Shown: positions 31,301-39,936, counted from the stretch's first letter. The stretch is 64,000 nucleotides of DNA from a virus (IMGVR_UViG_3300029305_003510:32001-96000), one strand, 5' to 3'. A program made the numbers and translations. Notes: a model not told the origin generated them from the letters alone.

Positions 31301-33041
31301 TGTTTCTTGTGGCACTCGCCCTATTACGAGCAGTTCTAGCGCTTGCAATTTCATTGGCAAGCATCATTTGCTCATGCCTGGGCATCTTTTGCAAGATAGA
31401 ACTTATCACACTAGCATAGATATCCTTATTAGGACTATCCGGCATCTGTTCGAGGAACTGCTCTCGCGTAGCGGCATTTCCTCTTGTAAATTTCCGAGGA
31501 TCAATGAAATTATTATCCTCCGCCTGCTTCTGCATCCAGAGATACATATACTGACGAAAATCTTCATCCATCTTCGGATCTTTAAATCGTACAGATTCGC
31601 CACGTCTCTGGAAATTAGAAGCGGCGCTTCCCATACGTCCAACCAGATCATTAGAGGTATGATGCTCTTTTGCATACACCTCGGTAGCTTTCATCAGCTT
31701 TCCTGTGCTATAATCATACATACTCACAGGGTCACCAGAGACTGCACTATAAATACGAGACAGCCACATAGGGATGACCTGTTCAACTGCATGTACAGTC
31801 TTATTGGTCAAAACAGCTTGACCGGTAGGATTCTTTAATGTAGTATCGATACCGTGGCGAGATCGCACATTAGAACCGAGTAGACCAAAAATAAAATCGG
31901 AGATTTTTCCTCCGCCCTCTTCAACCGGTTTAGAAAAGTTTCGACCTCTATCAGCCCATTTAGCTAAAAGTGCAGGAAAGAATGACTCCAAATACTTACC
32001 TGTCTGATCCATTGTCTGCTTTAAATAAGCAGGAAGCATCGCAGAAAGTACCTGGTCCGTAATAAGCTGTAACGGGTTATCGCCAGCAGCTCCAAGAATA
32101 GTCTTTAAATCCATGCCACCAGTTGCCATACTAAGCATACTGGAAATACCATATTTCTCGTCAGCATTTTTCTTAATGGTTTTTAGCCAATTCTTGATAT
32201 TCAACTCACCATGAACACCAAATAGCTCTTCATCTTTTGGTGCCTCAAACTTCTCCGGTGCAGCCGGAGTTGTGTTGGTTTTAATCTGCGTAAGCAGATC
32301 CGTGATTGTCTGTAGCTGACCCATCATCTGCTGGTGTGCTTCACGATTTACTTCCAGCATAGATGTTGCAAAAGAGTTCACCGCTTGCAATGTTGCCGCC
32401 TGTTGGGTGACCATGTTCTGAGCAGCATTCATCATTTGTGCATGCTGCTTCAAAGACATACGAATATTCGTTTGTGCATTTGCATTATTCGTATGAACCA
32501 TGGCTTGTGTAGCGGTACTAATAGCGCTGATTGTTGCATCGGTACGAATATCAGCACCACGTTCCTGCACTTCGACAAGTTTTACTTCTTTCTCGAATGC
32601 GGGATCTACTTCAGGTTCGACATATTCTCCATCTTCATCGAACCCGGTCATGTCAACATCACCAAAACTATCCAACAGGGAATCAATATTTGCACCCCAT
32701 TCGGATCGATCTCGGTTAGCAACATAAAGATCTCCAGACTTTAAATCCGACAATGCGTTATTCGCAAATTTAGATAGAGCTTGGAAATTATCCGAATGCA
32801 TTGCACGGTCGACGCTCTTATTTAAGCTATCTACAGGATTGCGTAGAAAGCGGGCAGTATCTTCAATTAGATCACGGTTGGTGTCAACCATGCCTGCCAA
32901 TGTGGGCATCGACATATTTACGACTTCAGTACCAGATGCGAGGAATAATTTTGCCGTTCCTGTAAAATATTTGCCACCTTTGGTAGCGATGCCTTTCAGG
33001 CGCTGGCGAACATCTTTCACCATCTTATCATTCTCGGCCAA
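22326..33041 (-). CDS. Tape-measure-like tail protein with two C39-like peptidase domains and a C-terminal phage tail-lysozyme domain
   Basis: 3571 aa, Gly/Ala-rich amphipathic repeats (PGGP.LG x3); GCGPTAAAMV...HYMV and ACGPTSAAMI...GHFI; GAAGIMG...ESG...GIGLAQWT; TTG start, late promoter upstream. Confidence 0.8.
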   Translation of the reverse strand: MAENDKMVKDVRQRLKGIATKGGKYFTGTAKLFLASGTEVVNMSMPTLAGMVDTNRDLIEDTARFLRNPVDSLNKSVDRAMHSDNFQALSKFANNALSDLKSGDLYVANRDRSEWGANIDSLLDSFGDVDMTGFDEDGEYVEPEVDPAFEKEVKLVEVQERGADIRTDATISAISTATQAMVHTNNANAQTNIRMSLKQHAQMMNAAQNMVTQQAATLQAVNSFATSMLEVNREAHQQMMGQLQTITDLLTQIKTNTTPAAPEKFEAPKDEELFGVHGELNIKNWLKTIKKNADEKYGISSMLSMATGGMDLKTILGAAGDNPLQLITDQVLSAMLPAYLKQTMDQTGKYLESFFPALLAKWADRGRNFSKPVEEGGGKISDFIFGLLGSNVRSRHGIDTTLKNPTGQAVLTNKTVHAVEQVIPMWLSRIYSAVSGDPVSMYDYSTGKLMKATEVYAKEHHTSNDLVGRMGSAASNFQRRGESVRFKDPKMDEDFRQYMYLWMQKQAEDNNFIDPRKFTRGNAATREQFLEQMPDSPNKDIYASVISSILQKMPRHEQMMLANEIASARTARNRASATRNNELATSGLGIIFSGMLDKETANSLEYESKRRRYGLTEDERDDIVKKAHARNLTMGGVNATNIIANDILTTLRRGIITYTYIIGNETGNVSTSGNPMLTEALKDAQTVRDSLDRKVQAENGATARRQERERRERSDRQKRQAEIDKVRSLDELIIDKDTPLETIMAYQEALQIKNTAPGTSDNPQIEATRRLITSHSDKFKERLGISPDKGFLDNLKGAMTKAPFALMNQGLETIDAFLFKIIYGEDAESYLNSTDEVPSLMRTVTASVKAHWMDARSWFAEHIGEPLKDSLFNKETGLIPRIKNRLFEKVVDPVKNRAKEFGGRIKSKFIGNKVLDEEGNFTGEYSGGRFSDAYNQIRGKVRGIKDGTKTEGAGLIDRLLWGEAADSPRKGVKYVHGENGEDYMGYYGIGGKIKKATDDFTDMLFGPDANGDDHGSREKFKLVKDEVNKAFPDMVIGAGAGLLGSLFLPGGPILGMVLGSGASLVAGSDKLKSFLFGEFGDDVEDVMMPDPKNPGRMKPVVDPLTGKKVTRKKQTKSGLIDRTVTDAFKQYAPAMGKGAAIGVIGSMFLPGGPLLGGVIGALGGMTTASHQMRELLFGNIEDPKSGLISKEFREKVKKEIKDRAPAALGGATLGAGAWGLISSLGIIPGLSLIPGGPIFGFLGGLTGALNAEKINSFFFGEEADVTEESTDENGNKITKTVKKRQGGLFGKAFDFTKDKILTPMSNKINQMGKSVGEWFDKNVVGPFSRSIEPLKEQMHEAGERIKESFHNIGDKIKESFDNVFEKHVGKPLGEFFKEKVITPLENATNKIFSAIGKAIGNIISAPFKALEFIVTGKVGGETPEERKEKARADKKEQARLEREQKINEAKETIGHMTGTVRGFFGQFFGKKPPSEEEAKQQSRGLGGRLKQTFRDTWNKIKGGSKPAPGAEQAPDASTDNTATDPYAGMKYVQNRDANGRFIPGGQWVPDTDPSYVDADWKSVEDPKEQKKRDSQSERKKLRDKERADKAAQRDRDKAESEKIKADRESKAKADREAPTKRHKAKKSDNEYLETISKHTKDIPKIYSEIKGQLGGTGWNIAYIKTLLDKKFGKLSDEELPEEMEGSKKVKKRRTIFGKIYDRVAETVSDVFSGVKERVGKVIDTVMHPFRLLGKAVGALKDGVVGAAKTMWSITKTIGSAIGELLKGAAQGVGEILVGVGKTIKAAGEGIGKALGDILGTLTGVLKDGILGISSVVRGLVETAAAIAPDVAKLAWDGMKFVGKGIGKGIKFAAKGVGKGVKWVWNKITGKGDDEDGEGVDKIKTKIKKIGSFIIDGGYLDEVKGLTPVAIGGDARIPFPYVTVINGMARKLSNHAIPVYILGVEKSAKFNTDNGTDSDQDAPTSSGDSGNLPGLPAANDNKQAPGAPKAPGSGTPSAGGGPNKPNPLDHVKNAARAAADRFRRWKRKYLSADRSAESSATPAEEYDKMIQSAQTQEEAEAVMAAQQMNANGQLVAAGGGDGEEKSSNGILDFLLGKGGLLSGIASVGLPFMFHMFSDKGNKAWGLENFGINLLRGLGLNKLSPNQIVSALSDSNAAKEIAGEASEKAVHSLTRRGTKTWTKTAKAATRLGRVGDFVRGIIHPDDVAEGATRSSRAGGFIGRGIQGTKNAIGNAVEWLGNTKIGQVVGGVVDNAKTGVTGLFDMIRGSAVADGAKAVGGKVVEGVTAVKDGLMNFGAKASQKVGSLMTGLSEKLGGIAAGKSTKAAAGAVAKEAAEAATDTGPVKSAIKKLIDTLLSNKTVKAAFGKLSKKIGQVGSKLVAMLSGEVLEKALKDGAKSTLKSTIKQIAAFGTGGILAIGFAIVDFTSGMGNARKYFNVFGEDVTLGMRLTAGLCNTLGGLLSLIPGVGGFLSVAASLFMDKIVQAVYNIFQDEDGKAELAKKQAELQTATDTYNAENNASLTVDEYAKKYNADGSERKNIFQKAGDAISSGAKKAGNAIATGATKAWEGIKSGASAVGNWFGGIFGSGPGYGEWGMGVPSGVAVAQQGIISRIASAVKDKVASVTGADGNGGIIGKVTEFIKNPKQLSETIINAGFGIGQSLINMMQDIYKDKSKLPNIFGIIGEGLGSSLIADMKETEGSNASISSAMATAAVASSAAKSGDTSMWSRIKSGASGVWNKIKTGASNAWSTVKGWFGGGDGYDISEWGTGSVTPMSQRSGKWNQDSQAMAKAGCGPTAAAMVSSAYGARGSTPGEANRMSYSMGMRASDGGTNPAFFGQYAASHGYGMSEGPVNSNAMAANLRKGQPVVVMGKGGAYGKNMHYMVADRMTGKGGVGLVDPLTGSRKSTTMKGLLDNTKNAIYSYGKGGPERYGADDEATPENATDANVDTSVEYKNNFPFYLQGDSRWATKMYSSIGDSSQTMKSSACGPTSAAMILRSFGIPADPPGVADWSVAHGHRTSNNGTAWALFPALAEEYGLDIKTVPASQLVDTLASGVPILASMSKGHFTNGGHFIDLVGTRNGMILVNDPASTTRTEKVWDPSIFASEGKNFWAFTKDGKGSIDNLLPLDMSQRAMVGGTSLGGTAVVGSTTAYSSTGSSIPDVTGMDTMSALSTVFSSIGSQMDDIMTVLLGGTLSSETVDENGNTVTTGRKVGSSGGVVGGTNFSFGASAGKTDPTQHKSEIWNYLQKEGYTPEGAAGIMGCWQHESGNTSARVEGDYLSGFPGHDQVLSSNAALNDWTERLFRAYDNSDISINRGAYKGSDGNYYPGIGLAQWTGPRGYNLFKFAVDNNLDWRELSTQLKFFEHETSTSFSGLKEKLNQATSPEHGAQIGLDNFEMYSGWSSTSKGQEQLAARAQSAAQIYNTYANVDNPTTGAGPGWGRGVADMSDSHSAIMADVRRINAQFDKARDEAQTDSTVATLTEKITEAVGASSSGGAPGEYTDALQVIAASMATMVDLLTKISKNTEKTADDSTSSINSNSSLPTVQPHYPNGDKNPEDVGALTINRLTSI

Positions 33042-33071
33042 TACGTTTCACCTACTTTCTACAGGGTATAG

Positions 33072-33083
33072 TATAGGAATGTT
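33072..33083 (-). promoter_or_regulatory. Late promoter AACATTCCTATA
   Basis: AACA-N6-TA ~30 nt upstream of the tape-measure start. Confidence 0.65.
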
Positions 33084-33141
33084 CGGCCTAAACCATATAC
33101 CGGCTAGTATAACATAAATAGTTTGATGAAAAAATAAAAGC

Positions 33142-33169
33142 AAATGGGAGCCCATATGGGCTCCCATTT
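33142..33169. terminator. Hairpin terminator
   Basis: AAATGGGAGCCC-atat-GGGCTCCCATTT. Confidence 0.75.
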
Positions 33170-33251
33170 TTCTGTATACATATTATATTCATAATGATAG
33201 AATCGAGACCGTTGTGAACTTGCTGGATGTCGACAGCATTCAGCAAAATCC

Positions 33252-33566
33252 ATGTTCACAGAAGGAGATGATCTGAAGGCGCATACTCTCCAAAAGTTGC
33301 ATGCTCGGAACCAGCGTGTTGCTCCCTGTTTAGAAGAATTGCTTCTTCCAGGGTATACACTGGATGATATTTCTGAAACAGCTAAGACTAACGAGTGGAA
33401 CGTGGTGCGGTATATTGAAACCGAGCCATTGGACCCATTCAGAGTCTTCGTAACCCGTATGGCTTTGGCCAACGGCGTAAGTAAACTTACTTTAGCTCAA
33501 TCCTATCACTATGGATGTTATCCGGGAAGTATATTTCAACTTCCCGGGTACATCTTTATTCACTGA
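33252..33566 (+). CDS. Small hypothetical protein
   Basis: 104-aa ORF after an AT-rich promoter-like stretch; weak SD. Confidence 0.45.
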   Translation: MFTEGDDLKAHTLQKLHARNQRVAPCLEELLLPGYTLDDISETAKTNEWNVVRYIETEPLDPFRVFVTRMALANGVSKLTLAQSYHYGCYPGSIFQLPGYIFIH

Positions 33567-33873
33567 TGGAATTTTCTTTTTCTAGCAATGACTCCATCTC
33601 AGATTTAGTACCGATGCCTCTGATCGATCCAAATTTCTCGCCACGCCAAAACCGAAAACCGCCACACTTTTCACTGAATCGCATTAACTTTACAAACTGA
33701 ATAGTTTCATTTTCATTCTCTCGTAACATGGGATAAAGTCCAACGATATCACCAGTTTCAGTATCAAGCTGAACTTGTGCTAAGAATACAAAGGTACCGT
33801 CGTCTTCAGCACGACCGTTTAGCATGTCGAGCACTCGTTGAATAACGCTCTTAACAACGTCTGAGATGATCAT
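33556..33873 (-). CDS. Hypothetical protein
   Basis: 105-aa ORF directly following 33880..34383. Confidence 0.7.
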   Translation of the reverse strand: MIISDVVKSVIQRVLDMLNGRAEDDGTFVFLAQVQLDTETGDIVGLYPMLRENENETIQFVKLMRFSEKCGGFRFWRGEKFGSIRGIGTKSEMESLLEKENSISE

Positions 33874-33879
33874 ATGTAT

Positions 33880-34383
33880 TTAACCCTTCTTAGCCTGCTT
33901 CTTCTGCAGAGCCAGAGCGCGGTCAACCACACTCTTCTTATAAGTTACCTTACCGGTATGAGCGCCAGAACGCTCCATCTTCTTTACGGTCAGCTGCAGC
34001 ATCTTCTCACGGAACATGCGCATATTCTTCCCGCATTCGGTATAGATGTACATAGCCTCATCCACAGCATCAGTGACCCACTCAACATCTCGAGCGCCGT
34101 ATTCGAAGCTGTCAATGATCTTGCTACGCTCACCGGCATCGGTAACACCAGCATGCTTCAGCATCTTGTCCATGAACTTCTGCAGACCTGCACCAATGTC
34201 GCACTCTTCCTCAAGCAGAGCGTCATTGCGCAGGAGATACTTCTTAGCCTTGAAGTCCTTATCAGACAGAACTGCATAGACCAGAGTCTGGAAGTCAGAC
34301 TTAGAGAACCTGCTGGACGGATTCTTCTTCAGCTCGTCAACGATCGTATTAACCGCTACGGCCACATTCTTCTTTTCGCTCAT
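33880..34383 (-). CDS. Highly expressed hypothetical protein (basic C-terminus, possibly DNA-binding)
   Basis: 167 aa, strong codon bias, AAGGAGG SD. Confidence 0.8.
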   Translation of the reverse strand: MSEKKNVAVAVNTIVDELKKNPSSRFSKSDFQTLVYAVLSDKDFKAKKYLLRNDALLEEECDIGAGLQKFMDKMLKHAGVTDAGERSKIIDSFEYGARDVEWVTDAVDEAMYIYTECGKNMRMFREKMLQLTVKKMERSGAHTGKVTYKKSVVDRALALQKKQAKKG

Positions 34384-34466
34384 TGTTATAGTTCCTCCTT
34401 AATATTCATTTACATTGGGGAATATGGTTATGGTATTTCTAAACGAGGACTATTTCGCCTCGGGAT

Positions 34467-34757
34467 TCACCCTCCAATAATCACATCACCGCTACCATCT
34501 CGCACAGATCCACCAATCGAGACAGCATCACCGACTCTGGCTGCAGGTCTACCGTTGATAAAAACGCTACTACTACCAGCGGAGATTGTGTCAGAATGTC
34601 CAGGATGTACTAAACACCCGTGAGATGCATAGCTATCTCCGACACGACCTGCACCAAGTCCATTGATCAGTACATCACTGCTTGCTGTGACAAGAGGGAC
34701 AGGAGCACACATATCATGTCCGGTGTTAGAATCACCCAATCTTGTAGCACTTGGCAT
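34467..34757 (-). CDS. PAAR-domain tail-spike tip protein
   Basis: ATRLGD..GH, VLING..AGRVGD....H, VFINGRPAARVGD, GS.DV.IGG. Confidence 0.95.
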   Translation of the reverse strand: MPSATRLGDSNTGHDMCAPVPLVTASSDVLINGLGAGRVGDSYASHGCLVHPGHSDTISAGSSSVFINGRPAARVGDAVSIGGSVRDGSGDVIIGG

Positions 34758-34770
34758 GGAATATACCCCC

Positions 34771-35073
34771 TTAGTTCAAACGAACTATACCACCCTGAGT
34801 TGTAAAGTTTCCGGTAATCGTAACATCAGCTTTAATGTCGATCTTATTTGCATTGATTGTCATATTCTCACACTCAATGTGAATATCACGAGCATTTAAG
34901 TTGAGATCACGAATTTTCAGAATTACATCCAGAGAAGTAAAATCAACACTATCCGGAACGATAATGACCATCTTCTCAGCCTCGTAGATGAGAACGGTCT
35001 TTCCACCCATTCCTTCAAGTTCGGTTCGATATAATCCTTTTAGCGTTGATGCGGGTACACCACTTTCATACAT
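34771..35073 (-). CDS. Putative baseplate spike-associated beta-strand repeat protein
   Basis: Alternating I-x-I beta repeats ending GGIVRLN, adjacent to PAAR. Confidence 0.55.
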   Translation of the reverse strand: MYESGVPASTLKGLYRTELEGMGGKTVLIYEAEKMVIIVPDSVDFTSLDVILKIRDLNLNARDIHIECENMTINANKIDIKADVTITGNFTTQGGIVRLN

Positions 35074-35096
35074 GGTATCACCTCCAATATACCAGG

Positions 35097-35462
35097 TTAG
35101 GCTCTGGGGACAAGAACCATAAACCCATCTGTATCACGAACGCCCTCTTTAGTCTTCTTGATCTTCTTATCTTTCACACGCTGATTATAATTAGCTCGGA
35201 TCTTGCCGATCAGATCACTAACCTCAGCGGCACCAGCGTTAATGATTACAGACAGAATCTCTTCATCTCTGGCCTCTTTTCCGTATACAGGAATAGCCAG
35301 CAGAGCCACAATCAGGTCACGATTAACATCTTTCATCACAACCTGAGTAGTCTTTTTACTCTCAGACTTTGCAAGCAACATTGCACGTACATCTGCAGCC
35401 ATATCAATATTCATCCTTTCTCTCGGAGTTATTATTTTGTCTGCTGATAAATCAATAAACAA
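35097..35462 (-). CDS. Hypothetical protein with C-terminal RDTDGFMVLVPR tag
   Basis: 121-aa ORF (true start probably at MNIDM). Confidence 0.75.
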   Translation of the reverse strand: MFIDLSADKIITPRERMNIDMAADVRAMLLAKSESKKTTQVVMKDVNRDLIVALLAIPVYGKEARDEEILSVIINAGAAEVSDLIGKIRANYNQRVKDKKIKKTKEGVRDTDGFMVLVPRA

Positions 35463-35499
35463 TGATCTCTTGTGGGTTTAGTAATATTTTAGCACCTCG

Positions 35500-35511
35500 A
35501 ACACCACTATA
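35500..35511 (+). promoter_or_regulatory. Late promoter AACACCACTATA
   Basis: AACA-N6-TA upstream of the RNAP beta-like gene. Confidence 0.65.
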
Positions 35512-35568
35512 ACGTATACAAATATTGTGTGCTGATTGAATCCTGAAACGAAAGGTTGTGAAGATAAC

Positions 35569-38500
35569 ATGGTAAGGGTTGACTATCTGGACCCTTTTAT
35601 GGTTTACCAGACGAAGCCGCCTGTCATTATGCCTGAAACCCAGGGGGATCGTAAGAAGGATCAGGCATATGTCGTAATTGCGCCCACGATTGAACAGGAG
35701 CTTCAATTCCTTTCAACAAATAAGGTGCTATCTTTCCGTTATTTATCGAAGTATTTTGTAGAGAAAAGATGGGACACAAAACTGTATGGAGCCGGACGAG
35801 TAATCACGCTTCCCAATAAAGATGGGGAGCTTTCTAATCTTCTGGGCAGATATCACACAGGAAATCTCAAAGATCTTGATGAAGTCACATCTTTCCTCCC
35901 CACAAATAAAACTGATCTTCTAAAACGTCTGAACGTATTGGTTGAAGTCAACCACGTAACCAATGGTGTATTGACTAACCCGAAAGATAATCGAATTCTC
36001 CGCATGAAAGTTCAAGATTTGATCAAAGAACTTAGTCGGGTAATCGAAATTGACTATCTTGGACCTTATCAGAGAACCATTATTATCCCCATGGAACTCT
36101 GGTTTGATGCTGAGGAATATAACGCACCAGCAAATCTCATGAAACCTATTAGCAAGAATCCTATGGGCGTCTTTCTCGGGATGCTTACCGATGTAAATAC
36201 TCTCAGAAAATTCGGTAATATCATGCTGGTTGATGGTAATTACGTGCTGAAGATGAATGCTGATAGTATTCCTGATAAAGAAAAGGATGACCCGAAAGAG
36301 TTCATCGAAGAGCAAATTACTGCTTTCATGAGGAAAGCTCGTAAGCGTAATCCGGCATATCTTGCTCCTATTAAAGAAATGGACGGAGAAGATGATCCTT
36401 CTACCGTTTCTCTTGCAGTTGCAGCGGAGAAAACACGTAAAGAAATGACAGCTGATAAAGCTATCGAGGCAATCAAAGCTGATCCAGATAAAGTATCTCC
36501 GGAAAAGAAAGAAGCGATTGCTAAAAAGGTTGAAGAGAAAATTGCAGCAAAGCCTGCCAGCAGTTCCTCTTCACCAGCTCCTGCAATGGTTGATGAGTAT
36601 GATAGTGGCACTGATCCTGAGGATGAACTCATTCGTCTGGATGAAGATCTTCCTAAGATTGAGTTCGATAAACCTGGTGAAGCCGATGTTATTCTCTCTG
36701 CAAAAATGTCTGGTAGATCTGTTGCATCTGAGAAACGTAATGAGATGCTGAAAGATAAGTATCGTGAACTTAAGTTCGGTGCTACATCTATGATGGATCT
36801 CATTGAAACTGAAACTGCCGCAGAGATTCCGGTTATCGAAACAAAAGCGCGTACGATTAATCCGGCTCTAAAGAAGCTCTCTGCTCAGCGGTTTGAAGAG
36901 ACCTATGATAAGACCCTGATGCAGCATGACCTTGTCAGTATTCTTCTTCATTTCTCCGGTGTACGTCCTGCAATGTATTTGAATAAAGATATCGAGATCG
37001 AAGATGTTTCGTCCAGAACTGATCGTGTATTAAAATACACGGTTACATTCGAAGATGAAGATCGTAAACGTCATCGGTTCTCATTCAAATTGCCGAAGAT
37101 GTATAAGCATAAATATCTCTTCTTAAATGGACAGGAACTTACGATTACTCATCAGAAGCTGCCATTCCCGATTACAAAAGTTCAGGCTGATCGTTGTCAG
37201 TTGGTAACTAACTACAATAAGATCTTCGTATATCGATATGGTACTGCGCTTTCTCCGAGAATCATTCGACTGAAGAAAATCTTAAGTGGTGAAAATCTTC
37301 CTAACTGTGTCATTCGTAAGGGTGATTGTACATCGATGAACAAATCCCGTCTTACCACGATTGAGTTTGATGAACTTGCAAGCAATTTCGTGAAAATTCA
37401 GATTGGTAAAATGAATGACAATATTTCGTTCTTGTTCGATCCTGATGCTACTAGCGTCATGTTTGATGAGAGAAAAATGCCGACTAAAGTTGATTCTGTT
37501 ACCAGTGATGAACTCGATAAAATCGAAGATAAGACCTTGTTCCCCATTGCTCTCAGAAAAACCAAATCTTCCAATCAGTCTGTAGTGATTCAGTATTGGT
37601 TGTCTGGCACAACCAATCAGGTTTATGATGATAAGGGGATAAAACAGGGTGAACTCTCTGACTTTCTGATTCAGAATCTGATTGAATTCAATCCAAATCT
37701 TGAGAAAGATTTTGCTGATACCAGTGCTGGTAGTAAGTTCATGTATTCTCGTGTAAGGATCATGTCTCAAGATATTCCGCTGATTCTTGTCATGGGTGCA
37801 GCTGATCCTAATGGTCTTATTGGTGCACTAGAGAAGAGTAAGATCAACTACCAATTTGTTGAGAAACGTCCTACCGTTGATAAAAACGTCACTGGCGTCA
37901 TTCCTTTCGCGGATGGGTATTTCGTTTTCGATCGATATCCTTATGAGAACTCTCTGCTGCTTAATGGTCTTTCTACGTTCCCGTCTAAGGAGTATAACTT
38001 TTATGATATGAACATGAGAGACACTTATGTAGATATTTTCGATCTCATGTGTGGACAGAGAACTCTTGCAGATAACCTGCCTGCATTTAACTATATGATG
38101 ATCGATCCCATCACAAAAGAAGTTCTCAATAAGTTGGATATGCCTACAGATTTTGTAACCTTGCTTCATTTCTGTAATGGCGTATTGGCTGACAATTCTT
38201 TCCAGATTGACTCGAACTATGAGAACAGCCGTATTCGCTCTAACGAGATTATTATGGCACATCTCTACAGAGAACTGGCTGTTGCATGGTCCAATTATCG
38301 ATCTGGTAGAACTGACACTTTTTCTATTCCTGAAGATATTATCCTTAAACTTTTACTCACGTCTAAGATCGTGGACCCGAAGTCGAAGTTGAATATCTCG
38401 CTGGAACTTGAAAATGATCGCAATGTGAAACTTAAGGGTCCAAGTGGTATGAATGAAGACCATTCGTTTACGATTGAAAAGCGTGCATATCATCCTACTA

Positions 38501-39888
38501 TGCGTGGCGTCGTTGCTACAAATAGTACACCTTCTGGTGAAGTTGGTATCAATCGACATATGGTTACTAATGCGAATCTGAAAGATGCTCGCGGTTTTAT
38601 CGAAATTAAGAAAGATTCGTATGATGGTACTGAGCTGCTATCTCCCGGTGAGATGCTTCAGCCTTTTGGTCCTGAATCCGCCGATATTGAGCGTCTTTGT
38701 ATGTCAATTTCGCAGTCCAAACATCTCGTACCCGTTGCTTCGCAGTGCTCTTGTCCTGTGTCTTATGATATGGAGCGTATTGCACCATACATGAGTAATG
38801 ATTTTGCGTTTACGGCAAAACAAGATGGTAAAGTAGTAGAGATCTCTGAGGATCTTATGATCGTTCAGTATACTGATGGAAGTTTCGATGATATTGACCT
38901 CTCTGAACATCCAGCTCGTAATACTGATGGTGGTTTCTATATCATGAATAAGATGGATGCTAGACTGAAAGTCGGTAATCGGTTCAAAGCTGGCGATATT
39001 CTAGCTTTTGATAAAAAGACTATCAACGATCTTGATTTCTTCGGTGATCCCTGTGCTAACGTCGGCACACTTGCACGTGTTGCTTTCGAATCTAATGGTT
39101 CAGTCTTTGAAGACTCCGGATATATTACCGATGACTTTGCTCACCGATTTGCAACACAGATCACAAAGCAGAAGCGAGTTATTCTCTCTAAGTATGCTAA
39201 TATCAAATATATTGCTAAGATTGGACAGAAAGTCCAAGCAAATGATCCCATCTTAGCGTTTGATGATACGAAAGATGAATTCTCGTCTCAGCTTCTGGCT
39301 TCTATCACTGATCAGCTTGCCGATGAAGATGAAGTGATTGCTACCAGTGCACCTGTTATCAGTAAGTATACTGGAACAATTAAGGACATTCAGATCATCT
39401 ATACTGTTCCACTGGAAGATATGTCACCGAGTCTCCGGAAGGTTGTTGACAGTTATGCTAAAGATGCATCTAAACGCGAAAAAGTTGTCGGCAAATATCG
39501 TGACATCCGCGATGCGAACACTATCATGAAATCTTCCGAGATGGCTATTCCTGATTCCCGTGGTAAGGTTGCTGGCACTAAGATTAATGAAGGTGTTATC
39601 ATTGACTTCTACATCGAATATGAAGATGTTGCCGGTAATGGTGATAAGGGTTCTATCACTGCTCTGAAATTTACTGTCTGTAATGTAGTGCCGTCAGAGC
39701 TTGCCGGATATACTGAATTCAATCCTGATCGAAAGATTGAAGTATATGTGGCATCGTTTGGCGCATTCAAACGAATGGTTGCGGACGTTGAGAAGATTGG
39801 TATTCTGACTAAAGTTCTTGTCGAGAGTAAGAGAATGCTTAAAGACGAATATAGTCAGAAAATCAAAGATGCATTGAAAAAGAAATAA
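35569..39888 (+). CDS. Phage multisubunit RNA polymerase beta-like subunit (split beta; probably virion RNAP) with a long N-terminal extension
   Basis: GPSGMN, TPSGEVGI (cf. TPEGPNIG), ERLCMSISQSKH (cf. NRALMGANMQRQ), FEDSGYI (cf. FEDAI), GDK...ALK (cf. GDK..GRHGNKG); lacks the beta C-terminal clamp part. Confidence 0.85.
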   Translation: MVRVDYLDPFMVYQTKPPVIMPETQGDRKKDQAYVVIAPTIEQELQFLSTNKVLSFRYLSKYFVEKRWDTKLYGAGRVITLPNKDGELSNLLGRYHTGNLKDLDEVTSFLPTNKTDLLKRLNVLVEVNHVTNGVLTNPKDNRILRMKVQDLIKELSRVIEIDYLGPYQRTIIIPMELWFDAEEYNAPANLMKPISKNPMGVFLGMLTDVNTLRKFGNIMLVDGNYVLKMNADSIPDKEKDDPKEFIEEQITAFMRKARKRNPAYLAPIKEMDGEDDPSTVSLAVAAEKTRKEMTADKAIEAIKADPDKVSPEKKEAIAKKVEEKIAAKPASSSSSPAPAMVDEYDSGTDPEDELIRLDEDLPKIEFDKPGEADVILSAKMSGRSVASEKRNEMLKDKYRELKFGATSMMDLIETETAAEIPVIETKARTINPALKKLSAQRFEETYDKTLMQHDLVSILLHFSGVRPAMYLNKDIEIEDVSSRTDRVLKYTVTFEDEDRKRHRFSFKLPKMYKHKYLFLNGQELTITHQKLPFPITKVQADRCQLVTNYNKIFVYRYGTALSPRIIRLKKILSGENLPNCVIRKGDCTSMNKSRLTTIEFDELASNFVKIQIGKMNDNISFLFDPDATSVMFDERKMPTKVDSVTSDELDKIEDKTLFPIALRKTKSSNQSVVIQYWLSGTTNQVYDDKGIKQGELSDFLIQNLIEFNPNLEKDFADTSAGSKFMYSRVRIMSQDIPLILVMGAADPNGLIGALEKSKINYQFVEKRPTVDKNVTGVIPFADGYFVFDRYPYENSLLLNGLSTFPSKEYNFYDMNMRDTYVDIFDLMCGQRTLADNLPAFNYMMIDPITKEVLNKLDMPTDFVTLLHFCNGVLADNSFQIDSNYENSRIRSNEIIMAHLYRELAVAWSNYRSGRTDTFSIPEDIILKLLLTSKIVDPKSKLNISLELENDRNVKLKGPSGMNEDHSFTIEKRAYHPTMRGVVATNSTPSGEVGINRHMVTNANLKDARGFIEIKKDSYDGTELLSPGEMLQPFGPESADIERLCMSISQSKHLVPVASQCSCPVSYDMERIAPYMSNDFAFTAKQDGKVVEISEDLMIVQYTDGSFDDIDLSEHPARNTDGGFYIMNKMDARLKVGNRFKAGDILAFDKKTINDLDFFGDPCANVGTLARVAFESNGSVFEDSGYITDDFAHRFATQITKQKRVILSKYANIKYIAKIGQKVQANDPILAFDDTKDEFSSQLLASITDQLADEDEVIATSAPVISKYTGTIKDIQIIYTVPLEDMSPSLRKVVDSYAKDASKREKVVGKYRDIRDANTIMKSSEMAIPDSRGKVAGTKINEGVIIDFYIEYEDVAGNGDKGSITALKFTVCNVVPSELAGYTEFNPDRKIEVYVASFGAFKRMVADVEKIGILTKVLVESKRMLKDEYSQKIKDALKKK

Positions 39889-39892
39889 ACAA

Positions 39893-39923
39893 ATACGAGG
39901 GTGGGACTGTCCCACCCTCGTAT
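39893..39923. terminator. Bidirectional terminator
   Basis: ATACGAGGGTGGGA/TCCCACCCTCGTAT between convergent genes. Confidence 0.8.
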
Positions 39924-39936
39924 ACTTTTTATATCA

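Noticed and set aside
38581-38615. DARGFIEIKK in RNAP beta resembling the terminal tag
   Set aside because: It is internal and corresponds to the conserved beta-subunit 'GFIETPY' region, so it is not counted as a tag
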